A DNA stretch of 64,000 nucleotides from Takakia lepidozioides (Eukaryota; Plantae; Bryophyta), in contig CM060731.1 of NCBI GenBank assembly GCA_030704615.1, positions 84,258,001 through 84,322,000 on the forward strand, given 5' to 3'. The notes beneath the pieces are model-generated. The model did not search any database. It was not told where the DNA came from and was given only the letters and a program-made list of their open reading frames with translations. A program made the translations under genes and the position numbers. The stretch's first letter is position 1. Each line of letters opens with the position of its first letter. Shown one piece after another: positions 12,690 to 24,300 of the stretch.

Positions 12690-14092
12690 GTTTCTGCCCC
12701 GTATTGAATTTTTTTTCAATGGCTCAATTTTGTTCTGCGGCTACAAGCCTCCCACCGCTACATCCCTGCCACAATTTGGACCAAACAAAAATGATTAAAA
12801 AAAAAATATTCTCTTTGTTCACTATTGCAGAACTCTCTATGAAGAGTGCATAAAGTAGAACACAAATCAAGTTTGGAGTGCAAAACAGGGAAGAAACTGT
12901 GGTTTTGCGTCCAAATGAATTTTGTTCGCCCCCAAATTTGGCACGCACGTTGCATATGGAGTCATTACACATACAGTTCAAAAACTGAAAGAAAAAAAAA
13001 TCATGAGCATGCAAAACGCAGTCCAACAGGTCGCAGAGTAATAACAGATCCAACGGAATTCATTCATCGGGTGAACGGATGGTTGCCTATCCAAATCATT
13101 TTTGTTTCCTTTCAAACTTTGCCAGTACGTTTGGGACACCCTCTCACAAGTCCCGGACTAATATGAGATCAATCGAAATTCATTCGATGGCTCAACGGAT
13201 GGTTGCCCATCGAAATGATTTTGGTTCACTTTCAGACTTGGCCAGTATGTTCAATGTACCATCTAAGAGGTCCCTGAGTAATATGAGATGAAACGAAATT
13301 CGTTCAATGGGCCAACGGATGGTTGCCTATCCAAATGATTTTCGTTCGCTTCGAGACTTGGCCAGCATGTTCAACATACCATCTAACAGGTCCTAGAGTA
13401 ATATTTAGATCAATCGAATTCGTTCAATGGGCCAATGAGGCGTTCACCTGTGAGGAAAATTCTGTTCATTGCAAAAAAAAAAAATCCTGCAATGCGTGCA
13501 CGGCTATTGTACCTATTGAACGGATGTGGTTGAAGTCCATCTTTTGCCAGCATGTGGTAGAACACAAATCAAGTTTGGAGTGCAAGACAGGGGAGAAACT
13601 GTGGTTCTGCGTCCAAATGAATTTTGTTCACTCCCAAATTTGGCACACACGTTGCATATAGAGTCAATACACATACGGCCCAAAAATTGAAAAAATTAAA
13701 AAATAAAAAATCACGAGCACGTGAAACACAGTCCAACAGGTCCCAGAGTAATAGCAGATCTAACGGAATTCATTCATCGGGTGAACGAATGGTTGCCCAT
13801 CCAAATCATTTTTGTTTCATTTCAAACTTTGTCAGTACGTTTGGGACTCCCTTTCACAGGTCCCGGACTAATATGAGATCAATCAAAATTCATTCGATGG
13901 CTCAACGGATGGTTACCCATCGAAATGATTTTGGTTCGCTTTGAGATTTGGCCAGTATGTTCAATGTACCATCTAAGAGGTCCCAAAGTAATATGAGATC
14001 AATCGAAATTCGTACAAAGGGGCAATAGATGGTTGCCCATCCAAATCATTTTCGTTCGCTTCGAGACTTGGCCAGTATATTCAACGTACCAA
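12690..14092. repeat. Satellite-like array: ~121-bp subunits inside a ~700-bp higher-order duplication, running into the gap
   Basis: GTAGAACACAAATCAAGTTTGGAGTGCAA at about 12855 and 13557; GATGGTTGCC(T/C)ATC recurs about every 121 bp. Confidence 0.85.
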
Positions 14093-14592
14093 NNNNNNNN
14101 NNNNNNNNNNNNNNNNNNNNNNNNNNNNNNNNNNNNNNNNNNNNNNNNNNNNNNNNNNNNNNNNNNNNNNNNNNNNNNNNNNNNNNNNNNNNNNNNNNNN
14201 NNNNNNNNNNNNNNNNNNNNNNNNNNNNNNNNNNNNNNNNNNNNNNNNNNNNNNNNNNNNNNNNNNNNNNNNNNNNNNNNNNNNNNNNNNNNNNNNNNNN
14301 NNNNNNNNNNNNNNNNNNNNNNNNNNNNNNNNNNNNNNNNNNNNNNNNNNNNNNNNNNNNNNNNNNNNNNNNNNNNNNNNNNNNNNNNNNNNNNNNNNNN
14401 NNNNNNNNNNNNNNNNNNNNNNNNNNNNNNNNNNNNNNNNNNNNNNNNNNNNNNNNNNNNNNNNNNNNNNNNNNNNNNNNNNNNNNNNNNNNNNNNNNNN
14501 NNNNNNNNNNNNNNNNNNNNNNNNNNNNNNNNNNNNNNNNNNNNNNNNNNNNNNNNNNNNNNNNNNNNNNNNNNNNNNNNNNNNNNNNNNNN
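14093..14592. other. Assembly gap (500 N)
   Basis: Run of N. Confidence 1.
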
Positions 14593-16540
14593 GTCGCGCG
14601 GCTTTTACTCACCCATCCCTTCGCTATCCGAGGCGGAAACTCCAAGATAGAAGAGTTGGAAATCTCTAAGTACTCAGCCCGCGCAGAACAATCAGTCATG
14701 ACCTACAGCTAGTGTATCATGGGGTGTTCCTATTTGTTTCCTTTTCCGCATTCATCTTAGCTACCTTACCATTGATAATTAAGTATCAGTTTGCTTCATC
14801 AATTATCGGTTCCTTCACTCCTCCATTCAATCCACAGCTTCACTCAGATCTCTCTACACAGTGTGATTGTATCGTATAAGTATCAGATTATGATTTATCA
14901 GGTATCAGGCCGAAGCCATTATGTCTCTAATCTGCTCTACAATATCACTACTAGCTTTGCATATAACAAGCATCTACTAATCCTCTTTTCTCCTTCATCG
15001 TGCTTCCGATCTCCGCTCCCGCCTGTCTCCGAAGTCCTCCCCGAATATGATTCCCCTTCTATTCCCCGTTCTTCCCTTTATCCTCCTATCCGCGGTTCTA
15101 ACCGTTTCCCTCTCTAACCGTCGTATGTGAACTAACATGTTCCTTCACTGGTGTTGTTCCCCACAGTCGTTCCCTGTCCTACTCTTCGTTCCCTATTATC
15201 GTGACAGCTGTGTCAAGCGGTGACTGGCTGTGTTTGGCTGTGTCGGGCTGTGACTGGCTGTGTGGGCTGTGGGTCTGCTGTGACGACTGTGACGGGCTGT
15301 GTGGCTGTGTGGGCTGTGACGACTGTGACGGCTGTGTGGGCTGTGACGACTGTGACGGGCTGTGTTTGGCTGTGTGGGCTGTGACTGCTGTGTCGGCTGT
15401 GTGGGCTATGTAACCCCCTCTACAGTGCGCTGCTGTCACCCCTAAGGCCTGTTTGTCTCAGTCTGTGCAAAAATTAAGGGTACCCTACAGATCCCGTATA
15501 AGTGTCTAAGTCCCCTACAGTCCTCTAACATTACCCCTTCCCCCTCAAAAAGCCGTGTCCTCACGGTTTACTGTTTCGAGTAGCAACCCTTTGTGAGTGA
15601 GCACCTTGTTGACGTTGAGAGTTTCGTGGTGGCTGTGTGTACGAGCCCGAGGTCTGTCTCTGGTTGATGGAGATGGTTGATCACTACCTGGATAAGTGAG
15701 GCCTTCTGGAGGTTGATATCGAGGTAATCTTTCCGGCATAGGAGATCCCTTTGTTTCTTCTCTTCCATCTGAATTGCATAGTCTTCTCCCATGTCAAAAG
15801 AATTTGTGAAGAACAGTTTGTATCAGAATCCTCATCGCCTCTCAGGTGTTTTAATTTCGAACTTTTTGTGGAATCATCTGGGGCATACAATGCTGTCCTA
15901 CCATGTCTGGAAGTTTGCATTTTACAACCTGGTGTAACCGTTGAACAGCAAAATTGGTGTAGACACTGAGCTCCTTGTCTGTCCAGATGAGTGGGGTACC
16001 AATTACTGGTGCCGCGTGCAAGTATTTCCATGCGATATGTCCCTTATAGAAAATGTCATCAAGTCCGAATTTCTGTGTGACAAATTGTTGCAGGCTGCTT
16101 GAAACCATGAACGAATTTGAGAATCCTTTTGTATCATAACTTTTGGGTCATATAGGTACATATGAGGTGGCACGAAGGTAATACCCAATGATCTCCACTG
16201 GAGTAACTTTGAAAGCGTGCTTGCATCTTTTGTTGCTCTATGTGGTAACGTATCAGAAACAAGCAGCGTAGTATAGCCCGCACCCCATGACAATACTTGC
16301 TATCTCCTTGGTCTTGGTATAAATGAGTCCATGTACAACCTGGAAAGCAACCAATTCCCTCAACATGGTACCTGCCTCGTGCCAGTATTGTGCAAAGTGA
16401 TGATCTTCAATATGTCGATTGTTTGGAAGAACTTTAGTCCTGGTTGCCACTGGCAGCCAAATACGCATGATTTGGTAGTAATGTGCGAATGACTGCGGAG
16501 GACTAAATTCTTTCCAAGCCAAATCCAACATGATGGGAAT

Positions 16541-18466
16541 TTAGTTGAAGGGCATAATCATAGCCCTACTGTACTCCCTGGCAGCTGGAGTTTTAGGTGG
16601 GTTAAAAGCTGCATTGCCCCATACCTCCGGCTGTGGTGGCTGTGGTGTGGTTGTAGTAACCACAGGTTCAGCTACTGGTACACTGACCTGTTGTGGTGGT
16701 GGTGGTACTGGTTCCTGTACCATTGGCATCTCCTGCACCTCCTGTGAAGACTGAAAAGCCAGAGTTCTGGCTTGCAAATAAGAAGCCATTAGCTGTTCCT
16801 GAGGGATATAGACTCTTTGGTCGATGTTTGAAGTGAGGTCTTCCACTTGAGTCTGGAGTCCGTCTACATCCTCTTGTAACTCTGCTATCCTACTATAGAC
16901 ATTGTCTATAGTAGTTGTGGCAATGTTCTGCACCTGCAGTCTGAGCTCATTCATCTCGCTTTGGGTGAGCTTCCGTGGGCTTTTGCCCTCTACTGGCCCT
17001 TGTGCTAACCAGACCTGCATAAGGCTGTTATCCACCAAGCTGCTTGTGGTTCCCCTGAGAGTTTGCTCCTCTCTTAGCTTATACAATTCCAACTGCTGTT
17101 GTAAAGCCTTCATGCGCTTCGCCTGTGGCTCAACCAATTGCGCATAGGCAGCAAGTAGATTATTGGCTTCTTTCGAAGCCTTGTTACTGACCGCGATTTC
17201 ATTTCTATTGGCCACGATGGTTTGTTGCAACTCCACGATGTATTTCTCATTCTCAGCTTCCATCTGCCTGTATTGCTTGAAAGTATCTTCATTGCGACAG
17301 ATTGTATTCTTCATATCGACAATGAGCTTCATGTGTTCCACATTCTCTTCTTCTGCCTTCGTACATTTTTCCGCTTGACTGTTTATTTCTTTTGTTGATT
17401 GGTCAAGCATAGTTGTAAATGTAGCGCATTGTATCGCCATCCTGTTATGCACTGTCTGCAACTCCGTATGTAGTGCATTCAGTTCTTGCAACTTGCTTTC
17501 ATGCTGCACCTGCATTTGGTATAGCTGTTGCTTATGTGCTTCGTGCAACTGGTCTTGCGCGAGGCCTGCCTCAATCAATTGTTGCTTGGCCAATTGCAAA
17601 GCCATTTCTGTATTGGCCAAGTCCTGCTTCATCTTGAGAGTGACCTCTTCATCGACCTTGTTTGAACACTCAGTGGCAAGTCGAGCCTCAAACTCCTTCC
17701 TGAGTTCTTCTTTCAAGGCTGTCAATTGGGTAATTGGAACATGGGTTTTGACATAAGTCCCCAACAAATTAAGTGTCCTGCCTATGGAATTCATCAGCAT
17801 TGCCTGTTGAGGGTCATCATGGTGAGGTTGCTGCTGTTCCTCCCGATCTTCAACAGTATGATGTCTCACTAACCATTCAGACCATTGTCCCACCGGATTT
17901 TCTTCCTGAACTACTTCATTTATGACCGGTGCTACAGTGTCATGGCCTTCCGCCTGTGGTACCTCCGACACAGGTGTGTGCATTATATGTACCTCAGGAT
18001 TTCTCTTGGGCAACTGTTGCACCTCTGGGATTTCTGTCTGCTTGACCAGACCAGAATATTCATAGAGAAGGTCCCCTTTCTCTATTTCCGCCACTATCTG
18101 TTCTGTAGTTGGAATATCTATCCCTTCACTTTCCAAATCTATTATTTCGGGTTGAGCTGCATGGATAACTTGTGACCTTGTGACAAGTCGTTCAAGTGGC
18201 TGTGTTGGTTGTGATGCAGAAGTAACTTCTTCCTCCCTCTCTGAAGGTCCTGCTTCCAGTAATAACATTCTTTTGTGCTGCTGTGCCCCTCCCTGGTCAT
18301 GAGCTTGGGAAACATTATCATGCGGAATCCGTGAAGCCAGTGGATCCGCCACTACAGTCTTTCCCCTTCTCTGCCTCTTAGTCTCGGGTTGTGCTGCTAG
18401 TCCACCCTCACTGTGTGAAGAGCCTTGCTCTTCCATTGCAGTTGTTTCTGGCTCAAACACTCCCAT
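16541..18466 (-). CDS. Accessory 3' ORF (641 aa, long coiled-coil) of the gypsy element
   Basis: Long open frame with a Q/E/L/K-rich heptad-like region between integrase and the 3' LTR. Confidence 0.7.
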   Translation of the reverse strand: MGVFEPETTAMEEQGSSHSEGGLAAQPETKRQRRGKTVVADPLASRIPHDNVSQAHDQGGAQQHKRMLLLEAGPSEREEEVTSASQPTQPLERLVTRSQVIHAAQPEIIDLESEGIDIPTTEQIVAEIEKGDLLYEYSGLVKQTEIPEVQQLPKRNPEVHIMHTPVSEVPQAEGHDTVAPVINEVVQEENPVGQWSEWLVRHHTVEDREEQQQPHHDDPQQAMLMNSIGRTLNLLGTYVKTHVPITQLTALKEELRKEFEARLATECSNKVDEEVTLKMKQDLANTEMALQLAKQQLIEAGLAQDQLHEAHKQQLYQMQVQHESKLQELNALHTELQTVHNRMAIQCATFTTMLDQSTKEINSQAEKCTKAEEENVEHMKLIVDMKNTICRNEDTFKQYRQMEAENEKYIVELQQTIVANRNEIAVSNKASKEANNLLAAYAQLVEPQAKRMKALQQQLELYKLREEQTLRGTTSSLVDNSLMQVWLAQGPVEGKSPRKLTQSEMNELRLQVQNIATTTIDNVYSRIAELQEDVDGLQTQVEDLTSNIDQRVYIPQEQLMASYLQARTLAFQSSQEVQEMPMVQEPVPPPPQQVSVPVAEPVVTTTTPQPPQPEVWGNAAFNPPKTPAAREYSRAMIMPFN

Positions 18467-18499
18467 TTCCTTCCTTTCTTGTGCATTAAGCCAGAAGGA

Positions 18500-21394
18500 T
18501 TATTTGAGCAATGATTGGGCCAGACTAGGAGATTTTGCGGTAGTACCTTGTAATCTTTTCATCTCCTCTACCAGTGCGTTGTACATTATGTCCGCCCATG
18601 GTACCTCTTGTCCCTTCAAGCCTTTGAGGATTTCCTCTGTGAAGGATCTGCTCAAATATTGTTGGTTCTGTTTCAGGGCAATCAGAACGTTCAATACTTG
18701 GCCTATGTCTTTTAACCCTGGGTACACAGCTTTGGTACAAGCATAACCCTGAGTTTTAAAGAAACTCCCTTCTTGGAATAAATCCCCTATTTGCAGTCTT
18801 TCTCTGTGTTCCTCCACATACACATGACCTTCTGGCAATCGAAACAATTGCTGGAGGTATAGGGGAGTAATCATTAATTCAACTCCCTTCACCGTTGTTG
18901 TTCCTGTCTTTGGCTCAAAGTTCTGCAAAAATTGTAACATGTACTGTCTATGGTGTAGTGTCCAATCCATGCTTTGCAATCCTTCCAATCTCAGCTCCTT
19001 CAGTATCTTTATCGCCTGTGGGGTAGCCATCGTTTGTTTCTGCAGAATTGTGGTGCTCTTCACCCTGATTTCCTCCATTCCTCTCACTCTCTTCATCTTA
19101 GACTCACAGAACTGCTTTGGCTGTAACAACTGCAGGAATGCCTGTAGTGCACAAAGCAGAAACGTATGGTTGCCGCAGAAAGCTATGGGTAATCTCTTGT
19201 AAGCCTGCGGGGCTTGCAAGCATTGTTCAAGAGAAAAGCTCTGCTCTTTCGTTTCGTGTCTCTGCCATTGCGTAAATAATATTGCGAGCGTATAGTCTGT
19301 TAGTTCCTCCATAGTTTCCAAGTTATAGCATTTATGGCCTGTCCTGTCGAGACGCCCGTTACTCAGAACGACGCCGCCTCTTGCGCTTAATTTCCCTCCA
19401 TTTTCTTGATCATTTCTCTGGTTTTCTATTGGCTGTATCCGCTGTGACTGGATTTTAACTTTTATCTTCTTTAGTGGACTTTCCCTGTTGGATAGTCCAC
19501 TAGGATCACACATGCGACATGAATTCAGTTTTTCTGTACTTGCCGTTCGTTCTGTTTCCCTTTTTCCGTATTCATTAATGGGCCCGCCTTTCATCCCTTT
19601 TGACGGCCGTTCTTGTCCTCTTTCTTTTTGACACCTGTCCTTGCACTTCATTCTCTGCTGTGTGTCGCACCCTGACCTCCACGTGTCTATTTTTAAATTA
19701 ATTTCCGTTTCTTCTTCCTTCAGCCATTTTCCTGAAGTTTTTATGTGTCCACTTGTCACTGATTCTATGGATCGTGTAACTTTAGTAGGCTGTGTTGAGC
19801 TGTGACAGGCTGTGTCATACTGTATTACGCTGTGATAGGCTGTGTTGCCCTGTGGTAAGCTGTGATAGGCTGTGACACGCTGCGGTAGGTTGTGATAGGC
19901 TGTGTCACGTCGTGACGGGCTGTGATAGGCTGTGTCACGCCGTGATGGGCTGTGATAGGCTGTATGACGCCGTGATGGGCTGTGATAGGCTGTGTTGCGC
20001 CTTGCTGGGCTGTGATAGGCTGTGTCACGCCGTGTTGGGCTGTGATAGGCTGTGTCACGCCGTGATGGGCTGTGATAGGCTGTATCACGCCGTGATGGGC
20101 TGTGATAGGCTGTGTCACGTTTGTTTTGCCCACCCCGGTCATATATACTGGGCCTAGCGACAAGTGTTCCATACTCTGTTCGTAACACTGGTGCAGCCCG
20201 TGACTGTTCTTGCGGTTCAACATGCAAATCATGCTGCAGGGGTTTGTCATGGATACCACTGTACCCCTTCAACTTATTTGCATTGACTCTTCCCAGCATT
20301 TCTTTGTTAATGGTTTGTAACATGGCTGTGTTGTTATCATACATCTTTTGTATGACATAAGGTCCTTTCCATGGTGATTTAAGCTTAGAAGCTTGAATCT
20401 TTCCTTTCTTCTGCAACCATAGAACCAAATCCCCCGTCTTAAAAGTCTTTAATTTGCCTTCATCAAACTGTTCCTTTCGCTTCATCTGAATTCTGGTCAT
20501 ATTATCCGCTGCATCAGCACGTACTTCTTCCACATGGTATAATTCATGTTTCCTGACCTTGATGGAGTCTTGCAATTCCATTCTTTTTCCCCACTCCGTT
20601 CTCATGGTAGGTAACAGGAATTCCACTGGAAGTAAGGCTTCCATACCATAAACTAATTGGAATGGTGTATACTTTGTGGTGACTTTATACGAAGTCCTGT
20701 ATGACCATAAAGCTGTCAGCAGCTTTGTATCCCAATCCGTTCTGTTTGCATTGACTATCTTAGCCAAGATAGTACATAGTATTTTGTTGGTAGCCTCTGC
20801 CTGTCCATTACCCTGTGGGTAATATGTTGTACTCTTTCTATGCACAATCATAAACTCTTTAGTCAATAACTCAATGGTCTCATTCATGAAGTGACTTCCT
20901 TGATCACTGATAAATTCTAAGGGACATCCAAATCGTGTAAGTATGTTCTCGTACAGGAACCTTGCTGTGGACTTGGCTGTGTTGTCCCTCAAAGCTTTAG
21001 CTTCCACCCACTTTGTAGTATAATCAGTGGCTGTAATTATGTACCTGTTTTGTGTATTCTTGGATGGTGGATTAATTGGTCCAACAAAGTCTAGTCCCCA
21101 TTTCTGAAATGGTTCCGTAGGCATTGTAGGATGCAAGGCCATTCTTCCAGATCTCTGCAAAGGTCCTAGCCTCTGACATTCATCACACTTCTGACAATAC
21201 TCATGTACATCTTTGAACAAAGTAGGCCACCAGTATCCTGCGAGTAGTATCTTTCTACTGGTAGTCTCTTCTCCAAAATGACCTCCAGCCACTCCTTTAT
21301 GAACTTCCTCCAAGACTTTATTTACTTCATGGTGGTACAAGCATCGTTTTAGTACTCCATCAGGTCCTAACTTATACATTCTGCTTCCTACCAT
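18500..21394 (-). CDS. Integrase with an in-frame C-terminal extension
   Basis: HKGVAGGH..CQKC, GLDFVGP, SDQGSHF, GQAEATN and WKGPY. Confidence 0.92.
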   Translation of the reverse strand: MVGSRMYKLGPDGVLKRCLYHHEVNKVLEEVHKGVAGGHFGEETTSRKILLAGYWWPTLFKDVHEYCQKCDECQRLGPLQRSGRMALHPTMPTEPFQKWGLDFVGPINPPSKNTQNRYIITATDYTTKWVEAKALRDNTAKSTARFLYENILTRFGCPLEFISDQGSHFMNETIELLTKEFMIVHRKSTTYYPQGNGQAEATNKILCTILAKIVNANRTDWDTKLLTALWSYRTSYKVTTKYTPFQLVYGMEALLPVEFLLPTMRTEWGKRMELQDSIKVRKHELYHVEEVRADAADNMTRIQMKRKEQFDEGKLKTFKTGDLVLWLQKKGKIQASKLKSPWKGPYVIQKMYDNNTAMLQTINKEMLGRVNANKLKGYSGIHDKPLQHDLHVEPQEQSRAAPVLRTEYGTLVARPSIYDRGGQNKRDTAYHSPSRRDTAYHSPSRRDTAYHSPTRRDTAYHSPARRNTAYHSPSRRHTAYHSPSRRDTAYHSPSRRDTAYHNLPQRVTAYHSLPQGNTAYHSVIQYDTACHSSTQPTKVTRSIESVTSGHIKTSGKWLKEEETEINLKIDTWRSGCDTQQRMKCKDRCQKERGQERPSKGMKGGPINEYGKRETERTASTEKLNSCRMCDPSGLSNRESPLKKIKVKIQSQRIQPIENQRNDQENGGKLSARGGVVLSNGRLDRTGHKCYNLETMEELTDYTLAILFTQWQRHETKEQSFSLEQCLQAPQAYKRLPIAFCGNHTFLLCALQAFLQLLQPKQFCESKMKRVRGMEEIRVKSTTILQKQTMATPQAIKILKELRLEGLQSMDWTLHHRQYMLQFLQNFEPKTGTTTVKGVELMITPLYLQQLFRLPEGHVYVEEHRERLQIGDLFQEGSFFKTQGYACTKAVYPGLKDIGQVLNVLIALKQNQQYLSRSFTEEILKGLKGQEVPWADIMYNALVEEMKRLQGTTAKSPSLAQSLLK
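19800..20120. repeat. 30-bp tandem repeat (about 10 units) encoding RRDTAYHSPS
   Basis: GGCTGTGATAGGCTGTGTCACGCCGTGATG units. Confidence 0.95.
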
Positions 21395-24300
21395 AGTATA
21401 AGGTAAAGCTCTGATAGCAATTCTTTCCTCTGCTCCTTACCATAACTAGGTGGGCACTGACCATGAGCAAGGTAGTATCTGATTGGCCACTGCCAATCTA
21501 ACCATTCATCTGCACTTCCTTGCACCTCCATTACAAATAAACTCGCATCAGGTAACTGATCGTCCACTCCTGTGGCGGCCTCTCCTGTTGTTAGTCGTGA
21601 CAAATGATCTGCCACAAGATGCAAACGGCCAGGCTTGTAAATAACCTCGAACTCAAACTCATGCAAGATTATTAACCACCTCGCTATCCTTCCACTTATC
21701 AAAGGTTTGTTCACCAGATATATCAGAGCCTGGTGATCCACATAAAACATAAACTTTCTTCCCAATAGGTAATGCCTGAATTTCTTCACTGCATAGATCA
21801 TTGCCAATGCTTCTCTTTCCGTTGTGCTATAGTTCCTCTCAGCACTGTTCATCAACCGGCTAGCATAGTACACAGGTGAATCTATATTCCCTGTAACATT
21901 CTGGGCTAACACCGCTCCCAACGCTTCTCCTGATGCATCGCAGTGAACATGAAATACTACATGCCAGTGAGGGTTAATCAGCACAGGTGTAGTTGTTACT
22001 GACAGTGTAAGTTCCTCAAACGCCTGTTGACATTCAGCTGTCCATGCAAACACTGCATCTTTCTTCAGAAGCTTGCTCAATGGTGCTGCTATTTGTGCAT
22101 ACCTTTTGACAAATCTTCTGTAATAACTGGTTTGCCCAAGGAATCTCCTTAAACTCTTAACATTCACTGGTGGTGGAGAGGCTTTAATGGACTCTGTCTT
22201 CCTGGGATCCACAAGGAGTCCCTTCTTACACACAATGTGTCCCAGAAGCACCCCTGAGTTCACACAGAAAGTACACTTCTCTGGGTTCAAGCCCAGACCT
22301 CTCATCCTGCATCTGGCCAGGCATAACTCCAATTTATGCAAGTGCTCATTCTTAGAGCTGTACACACTGAAATCATCCAAAAACACATGCATGAAATCAT
22401 CCAGATACTCTTGAAAAGATTCACTTATCACTCTCTGAAAGGTCGCTGGTGCATTACAAAGCCCAAAGGGCATGACTTTGTATGCATAAGCCCCCCAGTC
22501 TGTGATGAAAGCTGTTTTCCCTTGGTCTTCTTCTGCCACTTGCACTTGATTATAACCACTGAAGCCATCCATGAATGAGTACATCTCATGGCCTGCCACA
22601 GTGTCTAATACTGCTTCTGTGAATGGCAAAGGGAAAGGATCTTTCTTCGTACAAGCATTCAGCTTCTTATAGTTCACACATACTCTTAGTTTGCCATTCT
22701 TCTTGGGAACTATAACAATGGGTGACAACCAAGTTGTATACTCTATTGGGTATATAAACTTAGCCTCAGCCAACTTCTTTATCTCTTCTCCAACCTTCTG
22801 TGCGTAGTTGGGATTCATTCTATACCTCGCCTGCTTGATTGGTACTGACCCTGGTTCCAGTTCAATTTTATGCTGACAGACTTCAGGTGGTATCCCTTTT
22901 AGATCCTCATAGCTCCAAGCAAATACATCTCTGTATTTGATGAACAAGCTTTTTGCTTCTTCGAAGAATTCCGGCTCCAAATCAGCTCCTACTTTCACCA
23001 TCCTCGGTTCCTCCTGAGTTCCCACATTTACTTCTCTCACCTGCTCATCAGCTGTGATTGTCCAACCTGTCACCACTTCATCCTGTAAGCTCACAGTGGC
23101 TGGTTCTTCTAGGATTTCTATTTCTCCTTCTCTTTCTTCATAGAAATGTGATGGGTAAATGCTGGTTTCTTCTTCAGTTGGTGTTGCTGTCACTACACCA
23201 CAGCAGATACCTCTCAAACAACTTAGGCTTTCCAGCCGCATCTCTGCAACCTGCTCCCATTCTGGGTGTGCAGCAAATAGGGTAGCTTCCTGCTCCTCAT
23301 CCAGTCCTCCCTTCCAGTCATACTCTCTGACTCCTCGAGGTCTTCTTGTAGCAGGTAATCTACTAGATTTCTTTGTGGTAATTTGTATCTCGTGCATCCC
23401 ATTATGCACAGTTAGTAACTGAGAATTCCAGTCATGGAATACCCTTGCCTGTTTCAGCCACGGACGTCCCAATAATAAGGAGTAAGCCTCCATGACTTCA
23501 TCCATTTTTAATACAGTTACTGTGATCATAAAGATCATTTTCTGTATCTGTATCTTAACTCCTCTTATTAATCCCAATGGCTGTACACTTCTTTGATCTG
23601 CCATTGTTACTGTAAATGGGGCTGGTTTCATGTTACTTAGACCAAGCTTCTTCCTTAATTGGTCTGTCATGATATTTACTCCAGAACCACCATCTATCAG
23701 TACATCAGTTAGTTCTGTGCTTCCAATTCTCAATTGGATTACTGGCATAGAATCATCAAAGTCCATGACTGGTTCTCGCCCTTCCGGCTTCACATTATAA
23801 CTGGTCACCTTGCTGTTCAGGTCTGTGTTTCCTGTCTCTTGGGCAATTCGATTGATTGCCTGATACAGCCTGTGCCTACAATAAGGTGCCACAGCTAATA
23901 GCTGTCCAATGGTAATTTCTGCTTTGGTCTGACATATTACTTCAGCCAAAGTCTCTTCATTACTTTGCATGTCTGCATCTTCTTTTTTCCTTTCTTCCTC
24001 ACTCCCCTCTTTTTCTCCATCCGAATCAGAGGAATCTGCCACAGGAATATCCGTACTCTTTTGCATTTCCCTTATAGTATCTGCCACTTCCTTGTGCAGT
24101 TCCTTCTCATCCTTCCAAGTCTCTTCATCTTCAGGCATATCATTGCCACTTCCAGTCTCATCTTCTTCCTCTTCTACTGGAGGTATTAGTTTGGCTTTAC
24201 TTCTTGTTACTATCATTGTACTTACTTCTGGTACAACACATGGCCTAACCATGTGAGCTGCCACCACTGGGCCCTCATTCACAGGAGCTCTCATCTCATT

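Noticed and set aside
14029-14712. ORFs spanning 14.0-14.7 kb
   Set aside because: Artefacts of the N gap
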